Assembly: GCF_002105155.1 (NCBI RefSeq)
Contig: NW_019029015.1
Location: forward strand, 372,001 to 436,000
Direction: 5' to 3'
Length of the DNA stretch: 64,000 bases
Source of the DNA: Lobosporangium transversale
Taxonomy: Eukaryota
Position 1 is the first letter of the stretch. Each line of letters starts with the position of its first letter. Below the pieces are notes generated by a model that did not search any database, was not told where the DNA came from, and worked only from the letters and a program-made list of their open reading frames with translations. This document shows, piece by piece, positions 1 through 14,621 of the stretch. Position numbers and translations under genes: made by a program.

Positions 1-383
1 ACTGAGCGTACTGAGCTCTTTATCGTCATCATCGAGCGACTCAAACTCATGTACGAATGGGTTTTGATATTTCACTCTCGGTTTGTCCCGAGTATCGACC
101 AGAGGCTAAGCCTTCAGGGCAGATAGAGCTCTTTTTTTTTTCTTTTTTTCTTCTTTTCTTTTCTTTTTCTTTTTTTTCTTACACATTTCGCTTGATAAGG
201 ACCAGCAAAGGATAAGGCATTACATAATGGGATCCATTACACCATACTCTGTCTATTACATACCATATATATGCCTCAGCTCCTTCCACAGGACTACAAG
301 TCCTTCTTTGCGCTCTTCGAACGTTTGAGCGATGGCTTCTTCCTTCTCTTCAGCTCCCATCACATTCGGCTCGCGTAGCAGAC
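1..383 (-). CDS. Possible exons of a hypothetical protein running off the left edge
   Basis: AG/GT-bounded 120-nt exon 383-264 (LLREPNVMGAEEKEEAIAQTFEERKEGLVVLWKELRHIY), plus an open frame near 105-1 (PLVDTRDKPRVKYQNPFVHEFESLDDDDKELS). No family recognised. Confidence 0.3.
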
Positions 384-1060
384 CTGGCAAGATAAAGCTC
401 TTATGTAGGAGGAGGTGAAAAAATATTCTGTAGATAGATAGTAAGCAGTAGAAAAGTAAGTGAGAATAAGATGTGGGCCCACACACCACATCCATGAGGT
501 ATTTATTCATTTTCTGATAAAAGGACTGACTTGTACCAGTCAACTAGGTAACGTATCTATAAGATGACAAAGGCTCATTCTAAAAACCTCATGTCAAAGA
601 TTTCTCGTGTCTATGTGTGGTGCGTTATTGCCACTGATTTCTGCTGCTAATCTTTTTTAGCGTATTAATCTTGCTTGGACAATGTTTTTTTACCTTAAGC
701 TTTTTTTCCAGCTGTGAAATATGCAACAAGATGAATTGGCAGGACGATAGGTATTAGAATAGGCAATAGTGGACATCTTCCTAGAATAATAATTTACCTG
801 TTCCTGATTAAAATATATCTTTCATCTCAAAAAAGGCAGCGAATGTATATATATATCTGTATATATATGACGTTTAGAGTTCTACTGCATTTATTGCATT
901 TCACATAAGCGATTACATAAAGTAACAAGGACCTATTTGTTCTCGAAAATCGTTGATTCGCTTCCAGTTTGACTAATACTTTGATCTCCTTGCTCACAGT
1001 GACAAATACCTGCTTTCATGGATCCATCTCTCGGTTTGCAAAGTCAGTTCGCTGGTGTGG

Positions 1061-3420
1061 TTAGAATAAAAGTGACGCTAACTCATTTTCTGGAAACATC
1101 TTCATCCTTTTCTTAAAATCTTCTTCATCCCCAAATCGTCGCTTCTTCCGCTCGTTCATGATTTCTTTACAGATTTTCTCCCCAACTGCAGGAATATGCT
1201 TGATATGGTGCTCAGGCGCTGAATTGATGTACAGTCTGGAAAAGGCTGTATAACATGATAATGATATTATTGAAACATCTAGAATATATAGAACAATTAC
1301 AGGAAAAAAAAACTTATACGCTTACCTGAGAATTGTGCACGACCTGCAGACGTGTGTCCATAGTAATCCCGGAAGTTTCCTTTGTGTACCATGAATGTAT
1401 GGGAGTGAAGCCCCATTCTTGAGGAAGACTCACATCGATTTGAAAAGATACCAAAGGCACATTCCAAGGATGGACATCGTTCCTTAAGAACTTCCTTCAC
1501 TTCGACGACAATCTTTGTAATTTCCTCGTCAATTGTTGTTTGGTTGATAGGTCTAGACTCCTTTGAATCCTTCTCTTCGGCCCATTTCATTTGACAAAGC
1601 AGACACAAAGACGCAATGTCTCTTCTGTCCTGTAAACGCAATTGCATAAAGCCGTCAGCTGGGGCGCCTTTGCCATTAACAAATACCTTGTGAAACTCTT
1701 GAAGGAAGTCAGTATGCTCCATGCCGTCCACATCCTTTGCGATCTCGTGCTCAGGGAATGTTTCGAGCAATTGATGCACTGTAACATTGCGGTGGTCTGG
1801 AATTTCAACTTTAAGCTCTGGAAACTCGGGATCAAATTCAGCACCTGCAAAAAGTTCCTGCAGAGTCACAGTCTGTTTTCCGAGGTAAGAGAAAAGGCAT
1901 AGACGTAGAGCCAAGAACTTCATATTGAAGTGTTCCCAGCCTGCCCAGGAGACATCTTGCTTTGGATCGATAAAAGTGGTCCAGTACTTCAAAGGCGACT
2001 CGGATTCACTCCTCGTGGAAGCTTTGACCAATAAAACCAGCCACAAATATGGGATACGTATATGGTACATGTCATACTCTTCAGCTCGTTCCAGATTTAT
2101 TAGGCCAGTTGTCCTGAGATCTTTATAGGTCGTGCCACCTCCAATGGTATTATTCATTTTGACTGGGATACCAAGAATGGCCCTTGCCACTACAGGTGTC
2201 ATGAACTCCACGTAGTCCCCAAAAGGATAAAGTGTGTCTAAACGAACTGCCAGGCTCTGCATAACGGCCATGATATCGACATTGCGCAGACATTCCGTAA
2301 GTTCCTCAGCCCTGTCAGGGATCTTCTTTAATTTCTTTAAGCGATTCACAAAGTGTTCATAGAAATGCTCCACAGCCCTTGCCACTCCACCGATGTCTGC
2401 AATACTACGGCGGAACAGTATATCATGCTTTAGGTAGTCTTCAGTCAGATGCAGAGCCTTACCGTCTATAGTCAGAGGAAGCCTACGGCCAATTTCGATC
2501 ACGTCGTCGTCAGTAAGAAGAGGAAGAGGTAGGTGTAGGATACGATATGTTGATCCCATGACCATTTTTTCGATGGGTCCTTGGATTGTACCTGCCATAA
2601 TAGGGATACAAAAAGGCTCTATGGTCCTCAAGCTCAGTTTCCCAATAGCATTCACAACTTCTCGAAGAGTACCTGGGTAAGCATTGTGTAAATGATTCAC
2701 TTCGTCGATGCTGATGACCAGCACAATCGGATTGTTAGTGGGTGTGCCTCGTCTGATAATATCAGCATGAATAACCTCTATGGCTCTGCTCACGGAGAGT
2801 AGATTGATGCCTTGCTTTTGCAGAAAAAAGTCAACGGGTTTGCTATCGGAGTCTTTGTTACTGATAAAATATCCGTAGAGTAATCTAACGGCAATAGATG
2901 CATCGCCTCCAATTTTGTTATCGAACTGGCTGACCGCGGTATCATTGCCGTAGCAAATATTGATTGAGACCATATTGGAGAAGGCGCTTTCTTTTGATAC
3001 TCTGGTCACCGCAAGAGTTGACCTTTTCACGAAGCATTCCTCCAATTTCTTGGAGGAACCTGCTTTTGCCTGTATCTGGCCCACAGGCAAGAAGTGGGAT
3101 TGGATGTAGGCCCTTGTCGCTCTTCTTACGGTTTTTAAATCGCTCAAAGACGCCATTATAACAATCCCCATTCCATAATACGTCAAGAGTTTCCTCTCTG
3201 CGACAAAGTGGGAATTCCGAACCAAAAGATGTAACAAGCTATAACAAGTATAATAAAGAGTCAGCACAAAATCTTCCGTCTACTCATAACTTATAGCGAT
3301 GTACACCCAAAATGTAAACACAATAGACAGCATACCGGAGCTTTTTTAGTGCCGATGGGTCGTTCATATTGCTTAACCCATGCAAGGATACTTGAGGTGT
3401 TTGTCTAGATGACAACTGTG

Positions 3421-3455
<35 letters not shown>

Positions 3456-3845
3456 GAAAGATGAATGATATTTCGAAAATTGCTTCCTGATCAATGATGT
3501 CACACACAAAGCTTTAGCTAATCCCTTACCTTCCAACGACCGCTGGACGATGATGTGGATGGTTTTCTTTGGTGGCGCCGTTCCAAAGACTTCAAAGATC
3601 TCGCTTGTTCCTCTGGTGAGTGACTCTTTTGATTCAACATCGGTGATATTGACTGCAGTCCCCTCATCAAGAACAGAGACATGGTAAAGGTTGAGTGTGT
3701 TAGCGTCAATGCCTTGAAGAGCGTTTACTTTCTTTTTCTTGATGGCATTCTTGAGATGGCAGATAGTTCTTCGGGGATTAAAGTTCACTGGGAATGTAGT
3801 CGACTCTCCATCGAGAATGCAAACAAGTGAAATTTCGTCTGTCAT
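1061..3845 (-). pseudogene. Crinkler (CRN)-family gene: header + P-loop NTPase + restriction-endonuclease-like domain + C-terminal helix-hairpin-helix; disrupted
   Basis: Exon 1 (3845-3530) is a CRN ubiquitin-like header (LVCILDGESTTFPV...LNLYHV...KTIHIIVQR). Exon 2 (3415-3336) has an in-frame TAG at 3407-3405. Exon 3 starts at 3238 with a Walker A-like HPIPLLACGPDTGKSRFL, then shifts frame near 2990 into the long ORF (Walker B VISIDEVN; NGKGAPADGF...LCQMK nuclease-like motif), ending at 1326. Exon 4 (1245-1061) reads YINSAPEHHIKHIPAVGEKICKEIMNERKKRRF. Confidence 0.8.
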
Positions 3846-4019
3846 TGGTGTGCTTATTAGACAAATAAAGTTAATAAGCTGGTGAAGAAGGAGAAAGGAA
3901 GCATCAAATACACGGTGGTTTGATGTGACTGGCTTTTCCAAATCTGCTGCGGAAGTTCAGCCAAAGTTGATAGAAATCTTTCAAATAGTGCCTCTCGCCA
4001 TTTGTTCTGTTCTTTATTA

Positions 4020-4056
<37 letters not shown>

Positions 4057-5651
4057 AAAAAAAAAAAAAAAAAAAAAAGATAACTAGACAGTTATAGGAT
4101 GAATATAAGGCATATTCAAACAGATATGGACTTTTGTACATGTTACATGTACTATAGCGGCTAGACATTACTTTCTCCAAAAAAAAAAAAAATAAAAAAG
4201 CGAGACGAGATGTGTTAATGTGTGTAAATTGACATGATGATATATATATATATATATTGAGATATACAGTTTAGATATGGGTATGAATGGGATGATGATA
4301 AAAAGTATACATTATGCAATGCCAAGTATCATCATGAAAGTAAGAAGAAGAAGAAGAAGAGGAAAAAGAGGGATATCAGAAACAAATCCACCAAGCTCCA
4401 TCAATCATCAATAGCCAGCAAGCAATGCAACGAAACGAAACAATGCAACGATATAACGATATAAATAATGCAACGAATCGTCATCGCCATCTAAAGGCTA
4501 TAGTAACGTACAATTTTTTTTTTAATTTTTTTATTTATTTCATTCAAAGATAAATGACCTTCATTAAACCATTGAATAGCAAAAGGAAAAGGAAAAGGAA
4601 AAGGAAAAGGAAAAGGAAGGGGGAGGAAGAGAAGAAGAGGAAGAGAAGAGAGTGGATGTGTGTGGCTTTGATTGGTTGTTATGCTTGAACAAAGGGATTG
4701 ACGCGCTTTGAAGCCATTTTTTTTTTTTTTGTTTGTTTGTTTCGTTTGAAACATTGTTATTTATATAATTTGTCAAATAAACTAGAGTGGGATAAACAAG
4801 TTCGTTAGAGTTAGCAATACGAGTAAATAAAAAATGAATATTAGCAATTAACAATTAAAACAATTAACGATAGCTAAAAAAAATAAACAACAATAAAAGA
4901 ACAATCGTCGTCATTGTTGAGCTACGCCCAAAGAAAAAGAAAAAAGAAAAAAATAGTTATATAATTTGCTGTGTGCTGTGTGTGTGCTGTGATGTGAATT
5001 GATGTGTACACGCATTCGTGTACATGCACAGTAATGCGCTGTCGAGTCATTTCATATCATTTACCCACCAAACAACCTTTCTTTTCTTTTCTTTTCATCC
5101 CATGGGAATAATTTTATGCGATTGACTCTGATTGCTTTCGACAGTGACGTCTTTAGTGTAACAATCCCCGTTTTATTTTGTTCGAGGAAAATATCCCAAA
5201 GAACATTTCTTTTTTTTTTTTTTTTTTTTTTTTTTGCTCACTGGATGAGTTTAACGTTAACCGTTTTATTAGAGTTTGGAGTAAGTGTGAAAAGATGTAT
5301 TTTCTTGAAGAAATAAAATAATTATGTACGATTACAATGGGAGAGATTTCAGTGTCCCTCCTCCTCTCCGTTCACCTTTTCTCTTAAACTCCTTTTTTTT
5401 TTTTTTTTTGCCTTTACCTTTTTTAATAATAACCTCCCTTATCATTAGATATGGATATGCGCGATGCGCGAAATCTGACATTGATGCAATGCATTTTTGT
5501 TTAAAAGAGAGTTTTACAAGGGTCATAGGATGACGGTATGATGAACGAATCCTTCATTACCTTCTCGCCCACTTTCCTCACATTCCCCGATCTCTCGTCT
5601 CCTCTTCTTTCTTGTTATTCTTTTTATGATGTTGCAATGTAGCTGAACATT

Positions 5652-5689
<38 letters not shown>

Positions 5690-5878
5690 CCTTCTTCAAC
5701 GTAAAGTCCAAATTGCAATAATGGACAACAATGTAGTGTAACAAGATGATAGAGAGAGAGAGAGAGAGAGGAGAGAGAAGAGGCTGTTTTTCAATTTCTT
5801 ACTTCCCATTTATGGTCTTTACTGCTGACTAAGAATATTCTTTGATCAATTTACACCAACATCCCAAAGTCTCAAAGA

Positions 5879-5923
<45 letters not shown>

Positions 5924-7158
5924 GAAAAGGAACTTTTTTTGCTTTTGGGATTGGTTTGTGAATTAGGATCCTTGGAAGTAAAATTAAGCAAGTAATACAC
6001 TGAAGCAGATCGATCATTATGGCTGATTACAGTCGCCATTGGAGTTGTACGTGTTTGCATACAATACCATTAGTTTGTATAATGATGGATACACAATGTT
6101 TTATATTTATTAATCCACATGTGTAATATATATATATATATATATATATACCTATATTAAAATATGTGGATTGTATTAGCCTGGTAACTCGGTTCCCCCG
6201 GTCCGAGCAATTAGTTTGAGCTTTTTTTATTATTATTATTGTATTTTTTCGTTGATCAATAAAAAGGATTTTCAGGTTGGGTCGTCTGCAATCATTGTAA
6301 CAACAATAACAGTAACAGTTAGCAATAGCAAATAGCAATGGCAAAATCTAGCATTAGCATTAACAATGGCAATAGCTTAAACAATAACAAGAGAAAAAAA
6401 AAAAAAAAAGAGCCACGAGAGCAATCCGTGATTAATGACGTGCATGATGAAATCAGGAATTTGTGTCACAAAAAATAAAAAAATAAAAAAAAAAAAATAA
6501 AAAAAAAGATGTTTATTTTGTTAATTTTGTAAACTATCGTCGGCGCTCTTTCCCTCCACTTCTCCTCCAAAAGAGTCTTCACAGCCCTACTTTATAATGC
6601 GCGTGAAAACATGAGATAAGAAAAGAGAGAGAGAGAGAGAGAGAAGACAATTAAGTGAGGGAGAGAAGGAAGAAGTTGGGGAAGGAGCCCACCCGTAGCG
6701 GAAAAGGAACGCCAGGAAATGAAAACAATTAAACATGTACTGTAGATATAAAATTAAAAGTAAAATAAAATAAAATAAAATAAACATCCGGGAATGATAT
6801 CGATGCCGTCATTTGCATTTAAATTTTTTTTTTTTTGAACGTGGGACCCAAACCTTACAAGTTTTGTCCCAAGCAAAGGATATATACATGTACGCGTTTT
6901 TACAGGGGGGAAGAGGAGAAAGAGGGGAACTCCTTCGCTTGAAAAGAAAAAATAAAGTATAATGCAAATAACATGATCTAAACCCACCATCCCCACACCC
7001 TATTTTATTGTATTTATTCAACGAATATGCAAGATTTTATTTATTTTCTTTTTTCTTTTTCAAAGCATTTCATGACATCTGATTTGTCATTTGTTATGAT
7101 GGCGCATATCAGCCTATGCTGTCATTGTTTCAACACAATTGAGGAGAGAACTAACGAC

Positions 7159-7194
<36 letters not shown>

Positions 7195-7509
7195 CCCCCG
7201 TACATGCACTCGAGTGTAGTTGTGCATATCAAGAGTTAGTGAAGAACAATAAAGGAATAAAAGAAAGAAAAAAAAAAAAAAAAAAACAATAACAATGGAT
7301 TGAAAGCATGTTATTCGTTGAAAAAGCCTCATTGTCAAGTGCTCCTTCCCCTTCAACTTTTCCTTTCTTTCTCTCTCTCCTTACTCGGGTTTTTTTTTAT
7401 GTATGTGTTGTGTGTGAGTATGTGTACTTGCGTATGATATATCAACGTATTGTGTTATGTCGTGCTGCCTTGGATCTTTCCTTCTAACCAAAGCTCGCCT
7501 AGTGCGGAC

Positions 7510-7543
<34 letters not shown>

Positions 7544-10331
7544 AAGAAGAAAAAGGCATGATAAACTCATGCACTTTTTCTTACATGTATTGTTTTGGCT
7601 TATCGTTACTACTGTACTATATGTTTCTAATCAATGATATTTAAACATTCAGAGTATGCATTTCTCTTTTATATATATATATATATACATGTGTATATAT
7701 TTTACTATATACTGCTATACTACTAACCCTCAATGGCATTTGCCGACCTATCTATCAATCTATCTATCTATCTATAATATATATCTATGTATATATTTGC
7801 CTATCTATTGATCTATCCTGATTATTGAGACTTGCGGCAAATAATCAAAAAAAAAAAATAACAACAACAATAACAACAACAACAAATCGACCGGACCGCG
7901 TACCCTGCTCAAAAAAGTAGAAAAAGAGAGAGACAAATAAATAATAACCACTATAGTCATAGCTAGTTATAGTTGTAGCCACAGCCTGGCATAGTCACGA
8001 GAATAAAGGGAGCTATATATATATACCTTATAAGATGGTTCATCAAAGAGACGCAAAAGTGACTAATGAAAACTCTTTTAAACATTTCCTCCGCTTCAAT
8101 ATTCATCTTCAAAAAGCACGCGTAAATATAATTTTTCTTCATGGCGGCAAAGGTACCACATTGAAATAAAAAAATAAAGGAATTAAAAGAAAAAGAAAAA
8201 GAAAAAGAAAACAACTAGTATACAACTAGAGAGTTAGGTTTAGCAGAATTGAAAAGATTAAAAAAAAAAAAAGCTAATTGAAAAGAAAGAAAAGAAGCAT
8301 TTTGGATAAAAAATAATATACATAGATAAAGTGCATTAAGCGGACTGAATGTTCTTTCTTTTTTTTTTTTTTTTTTTTTTTTGTCCGCTTCATGATTCTC
8401 CTTCTTCTGCTAGATGTGATTCCTGAAGGGAAAATAATGAAAAAAAAAAAAAAAAAAAAAGAAAGCATGTGTCTGCATAGTGCATAGAACTGAGAGAAAG
8501 ATTGATAAAGTTACGTGTTAATTAATCTCGAACAAAGAATAAAAGGACAAACTAAATACAGTCGTACCACACAACAAATAACAACCCCTAGGACCCTGTT
8601 GTTTTTTTTTTTTTTTTTTTTTTTTTGCCCACTATAAGCATTTTCTTTTTGTTTTAACGTTGACGGATAAAGCAGACAGAGCAGAGTCAAAGTCGTAATT
8701 GATATTAATAATTCTCTTTTCCTTTTTTTTTTTCTTTTTTTCTTTTTTTTTTTGCTTTTGCTTTTGCTTTTGCTTTTCAAAGATTGTGAAGGACAAGAGG
8801 AGGACGTGAGAGAGAGCAAGTCCATATTTGTAAAGTATACAGTTTATGGAATAATAAGCTCTTTTTTTTTTTTTTTTTTTTTGCATCCCCTATAATACAC
8901 GGACGAGAGTCTATACATAAACATCTATAAATACCAATAAAGATGGTTTATACATGCACTAAGAGCAGGGAGCCGGCCAGGGTTCTTATCTATTATGATG
9001 GTTTTGCTCACTTTATTTCTAAAGGCGATTTGAAATCATAAAAAAAAAAAAAAAAAAAAAAAGACAAATGTAAACGAGAGCAATAGGAGAATAAACTCTT
9101 GCCCTACAGCCAGCATATATATACGCTGTATCTATATACATTACTATACAATATTATGTGTATACAGTATATGTATAAATATATATATACTTTAAAAGGT
9201 GGGATAGAACGAAACAAACGTGCAGATTTTTTTTAATTGACCCTGCATCAAGCCTGCTTTATGAGAGCCATGTAAGGATCCTTTGTTTTTTTTTTTTACT
9301 GATTATTAGTATAAATGATTAGTTTATTAGCCAAAGTATATATTCACGCACAAAAAGAACAAAAAGAACAAAAGGATGTTTGAACCATTGATCAGCAACG
9401 ATCCTTCTTTCTCTGGTTCTACTATGACTATATGACTATATGACTATATGACTATACGACTATATATATCTCTCTCTTTCTTCCTATATCTATTTCTATA
9501 TCCATACTCACGTCCAAATCTATTTCTATATTTTTTTTTTTTTTTTTTTTACTTTATTTTTTACTCTTTTATAATAGAATAAACAAAAAAAAAAAAAAAA
9601 AAAAAAAAAAACAAAAACAAAAAAAAGAGAAGATCAAGAGCCCATTAAGAGAAGACGAAGGGACGTTGGTCAGAGCCATTCATCCCGTCAATCTTCAGAG
9701 CATTATAAAAGAAAAAGAAAGAAAAAAGAGTGGTGGATGGAGAAAAAAAAGGGGAGAAGAAAAAAAAACGTATAGTTTACAATAAACGTTGTTATGCAAG
9801 AGCTTTTTTTTTTTTTTCTCCCTTTTCTTTCAGGGACGACCTTCAAAGACACGGACGGAAGGGATAGGACATTTTGAGCCCTCTGGTTTGAGAGCCCAAG
9901 TCCTCACATCACATCGTCCATTAAAGATCTTCTTGTGTCCTGTGCAAAAAAAAAAAAAAAAAAAAAAAAGAATTGAGCCATCCTCATCCCTATCTTCATC
10001 CCCAGCCTCATCCTCATCCCTATCCGTGAGCGTGGAGCAGAATTGAAATTTGGATTCAGAGCAGTTGGGGAGTTGGGGTGGGAAGGAGATGGATATATAT
10101 AAAGTTCTCAAAAAAGAAACCCGGCAAGCTGGTGCTTTCTCCTTTTCAAGAATGCTCAGAAAAGTAGGTGTAAAATATGCATTTTAAAGTGTTTTTTAAA
10201 CCTCCAGTCGGGGAAATTGCAAAGCAAGATCCGTTTATACATGTACATGCTGGAGTCCAAACAACAATAACAAAAAAAAAAAGCAAGAATACCCTATTGT
10301 TTTATTTTTTTTTTTTTTTCTCTCGGATCAG

Positions 10332-10371
<40 letters not shown>

Positions 10372-12024
10372 ATATGTGTATGTATATATCTTTCTATGGT
10401 AAAAAAAGATGGACTAGTAATTAGAGGGTAAAAAAAAAAAGGGTCCTTTTATATTAGACTAAAAAAAGACGCGTCCATTCTGTTCCAACATCGTTTAGTC
10501 TAAACTACAATGAAGGGAGAGAAAGAGAGAGAAGAGAGAGAGAGAGAGAGAGAAGAAGTTTCTTTCATGGTTTCATGTTGATAGTTTAGTGCCATATTGG
10601 ACTTTATATTAAATATCTGATGATTGCTCCTTCCCCTTTTCCCTTTCCCAATTGCTGTGTCAAAGTACCTAAAAAATAAAAAAAGAGTCCCTGAGCTAGC
10701 AAAATAGGTTAGCCATGGCACACTAGAAGCAAGCACGTTTTTTTTATAGAGTCCATCATCTCAAACAATTGTCACATCGACTGTTCATCTGAATGATGAA
10801 GCATTTGAAGCATCGTTCATCATTGGAATGCAATGTAACTTTGAGTACATAGTCTTTTCTTTAAATTAAAGAAAGAGAAGGAAAAAGAAAAAAAAAAAAA
10901 AAAAATTTACGGGATCCCATCAGAATGGTGATGGGGCATGGAGGAAAGAGAAGATGATGACCAAAAAAATAAAAAATAAAAAAACGTTGTTGGACAGTGC
11001 AGATTGTAACTGTATTGACACACCACACAGATGCAACACGCACACACACAGACACATACACATCACACATACACATACACAAATATACATTTACACTATA
11101 CACCATAGGGGGGGGGACAGGAGGAATGAATGGTTGCTCCATATTCCATATCTATTACAACTTTGAAGGTCTACAAGGCAAAAAGCAAAAGGAAAGCAAT
11201 CAGGGTCATCACTTTACTGCTTACTCGCTTACTCTGTATCTCCATCTTTTTTTTTTTTTTTTTTTTTTTTTTCTGTTTTCTGTTTTCTTTTCTAAACGTG
11301 TATACATGTATAAATATATTCTGTTTCTTGTTACTTGTAAGTTTTATTAAATTAAAGCCTTTTAGAATAGTTAGAATAGCGAATAGAAGCCTATGTACTT
11401 GTACACTCTTGTTGTAAAGATCCGTCGTGAGGCGGGTATCATTCTTTGTTTATCCGTTGCAACCAGTCAGCGGCCGGCGTTCGGCACTCAACCAACCATT
11501 AATAAAAAAAAAAAAAAAAGAAGGAAAAAAAAAAATAAAAAAAAAAAGATAGATAAAAACAAGTTGGATGAAAGAACACCATCGATACATAGACAAGATG
11601 TATTGGTAGTGAAAAAAAAAAAAAAAAAAAAAAAAAGAAAGAAAAAGAAATTGTCTGTGCTCCATAGGACGATATTCTGATACCCCAGGTCTCTTTTGTC
11701 GATGCAATGCAGTCGTTACTGATGTGTGCAGATAACAATGATCATAATCATAATCGTAATCATCATAATAGTAATAACAATTGCAACAGACAGCAATAGT
11801 GATCATCCTTAGTCCTAGTCATAATAGCAATTAAAGTAAGAATAAAAAATAAAAAAAAGCTATTGCTCAGCAATGTTGATCACGTTTTTGTTTTTTATTC
11901 CCGCTTTTTAAAAAAGATTGAGTCAGCCACTGGAGTGAATCGGCAGTTTTTATGAAAAATGGTGAGCCATGTCCGAATATCCTGCGAGAGAGAGATAGAC
12001 AAATTACCCTTGAACGTCGTGATG

Positions 12025-12063
<39 letters not shown>

Positions 12064-12321
12064 CAAACAAACATCATTAAACAAACAAACAACAAATGTG
12101 TAGGGCTACATGTATAATCCAAACAAACAAACAAGCAGCCTGGCAAATAAGAATCAGTTCTCTTTCCTCACTCCACTCTTTTGTTTTTTCTTTTTTTTCT
12201 ATTATTTCTCTTATTTTAACCTTATTTTATCAAACTTTTTATTTTTTAGACGTGTCCTGTATCTGGATATGTGGATATGTATGTATATATATATATTTAT
12301 ATATATACTATAATATATTAT

Positions 12322-12370
<49 letters not shown>
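12322..12370. repeat. (GATA)n microsatellite
   Basis: About 12 tandem GATA units within an AT-dinucleotide-rich tract. Confidence 0.9.
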
Positions 12371-12372
<2 letters not shown>

Positions 12373-14585
12373 TATATATAAAAAAGTATATATATATATA
12401 TTTATATGTGTATTCATATAAAACATAACATTTATATATATATTATATATATGACGATTTTATTTATTTATTTATTTATTTTATTTTACTTTTTTATCAT
12501 TGAATGACGCAAACCAGCAAAAGAGTTGTGCACCTTGTTGCCCGTGCCGTCATAATGTGCACCTTCCTTCCTACGTATGTGTAGTACCCCTTCCCTTTAC
12601 CTCTCTCTGCCTCTCTGCCTCTGCCTCTGCCTCTGCCATTTCTGCCGTATCTGCCGTATCTGCCTATCGCCTTTCCTTTTTGTCCTTTTTTATTTTCTTA
12701 CACATTTTTTTTTTTTTTACTTTTTTATATATCATTCTTCTGTGTGGACATGTCTCTTTTATTGTCTATACAAATCAACTGATTCGTTATCTTTCTTTGC
12801 CTTTAATGTCCTTCTTTTTTTTTTTTTTTTCTTTTTTTATTCCCTGTCTTTTGACAGCCATTTAGTGCGCCATTTTTCTTTGTTTGTCGTATGAGATGAG
12901 AGGGAAAGAATGAGGAGAGGGGGGGGAGAAAGAAAGAGAGGGGGTGGGGGACAGCAAACTATACTAGGGATACATTTTACACTAGACTAAATTGCAATAA
13001 AACTTTTTTTTTTTTTTTTTCTTGTTAGAGCACTGACAGCTTGGGGTACACAAACCACCCTTCGGTTTTTTGTATACTCAAAAAAAAAAAAAAAAAAAAA
13101 AAAGCGATGCTCAATCTCGTGGACATCATCCGTCATGCTCCTTTTTTTTTTTCATGCTCGGCCAGTCGGCTCCCTTTACGTCTGAGTGTTTAACGCTTTT
13201 TTTACACGTCCTTCTTATTCTTCTGTCCCATCTAAACTCAGTCACAGCATCATTTTTACATGAAGACATCTCCGTTAATCTCATCTGTTTTTATCTTCTA
13301 TTTTTCTTTTTCTTCTTTTCAGTTGATAAATACTAAGAAGTATATATAATCTCTTTCTCTCTTTCTCTCTTTCTCTAAAATGAAAAAGTGAAATAATAAA
13401 AAAAAAACCTTTTTTTTTTTTTTTTTTAAAAAGAGAAAAGAAAAAGAAAAGAAAAACGGCGGGAATGTGAAGAGATTCAATGCTCTCAGAAAGGTGTATT
13501 CTTAAACACCATACATGTATACCTTTGTTATATATTTCGTAGACTGCGTAGAAAAGAAAGAAACCCGGCGCTTTTTTTTTTTCTTTCTTTTTGTAAAAGC
13601 AATAAACATCCTAGGATTAGAACAGCCCTCATGTTTATTTTCTTAAAGTGTTCAATAGAATCGAGATTTTTAAAGTGTTGTGCACGGCTGTATTTTATAA
13701 TCTGCATGATTCAAGAACGTGAAGCGCAAACAACCATGTTAAACAAATTCATTTTTATTATATATTTTTATTATTTTTGTAGACCATTTGCGTTTTGATG
13801 TGATCATCATTGTTGATCAAAAGCTATTCATCTTATTCAATTCTCTATTGTTATTGACTTGATAGAAGGCTGTGGGCAACATCATCACTGCAAATCCCCA
13901 CACTCCCCAACCCCTCGTCATCCTTATCATCGTCCTTTTTTTTTTTTTTTTTTCTTGCTCATCATATTACGGCACTTTCTCTCCCAGCTCAAAAGAGAAA
14001 GAAAAAAATAATAAACCGTAGAAAGAGATTCAACGTCGGTTGTTCAGCATAAACAGCATCATCATGCCTTTCAACAAAAAACATTCACATCAAGCTGCAT
14101 CAACAACGGCAATCAATGACAGACGACAATCAATGGCACACGACAATCAATGACAACGACGACAACTACAGGGGGGGGGGGGGGGGAGGAAACATGACTG
14201 AATTAGATATCTCTATCTCTCTATAGGGTATAATAAAAATAAAAATAAAAAAAAGGCGTTGCATCAACATTGCCACATTGTCCTTTTACTTCTTTCATGT
14301 TCTGACACAGCAATTGCCCTCTATTAATATTCACCTGTTATTCCTTTTTTTCTTTTTTTGCCTTTTTTCCTTTATGATTATGTTGAGATGAAGCAAGGGC
14401 CATTTCTAGATATTACGATCGTTGGACACGAGGGGGTGCTTGATGCACAATAACAACACAGACCAAAGCAGCTTCCTAACCCAGTAGAAGCCAGAGAGTG
14501 GTTTTTTTTTTTTAGGGTTATAGAGTAAACTACTCTTCCAACAAACTGGCTGGTGGTGAACAGGAGAGCAGATTACACATACACA

Positions 14586-14621
<36 letters not shown>

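Noticed and set aside
1061..3845. Copies of the 56-bp palindromic repeat around the first CRN locus
   Set aside because: None seen in its introns or downstream, so the repeat is not universal to CRN genes in this window.
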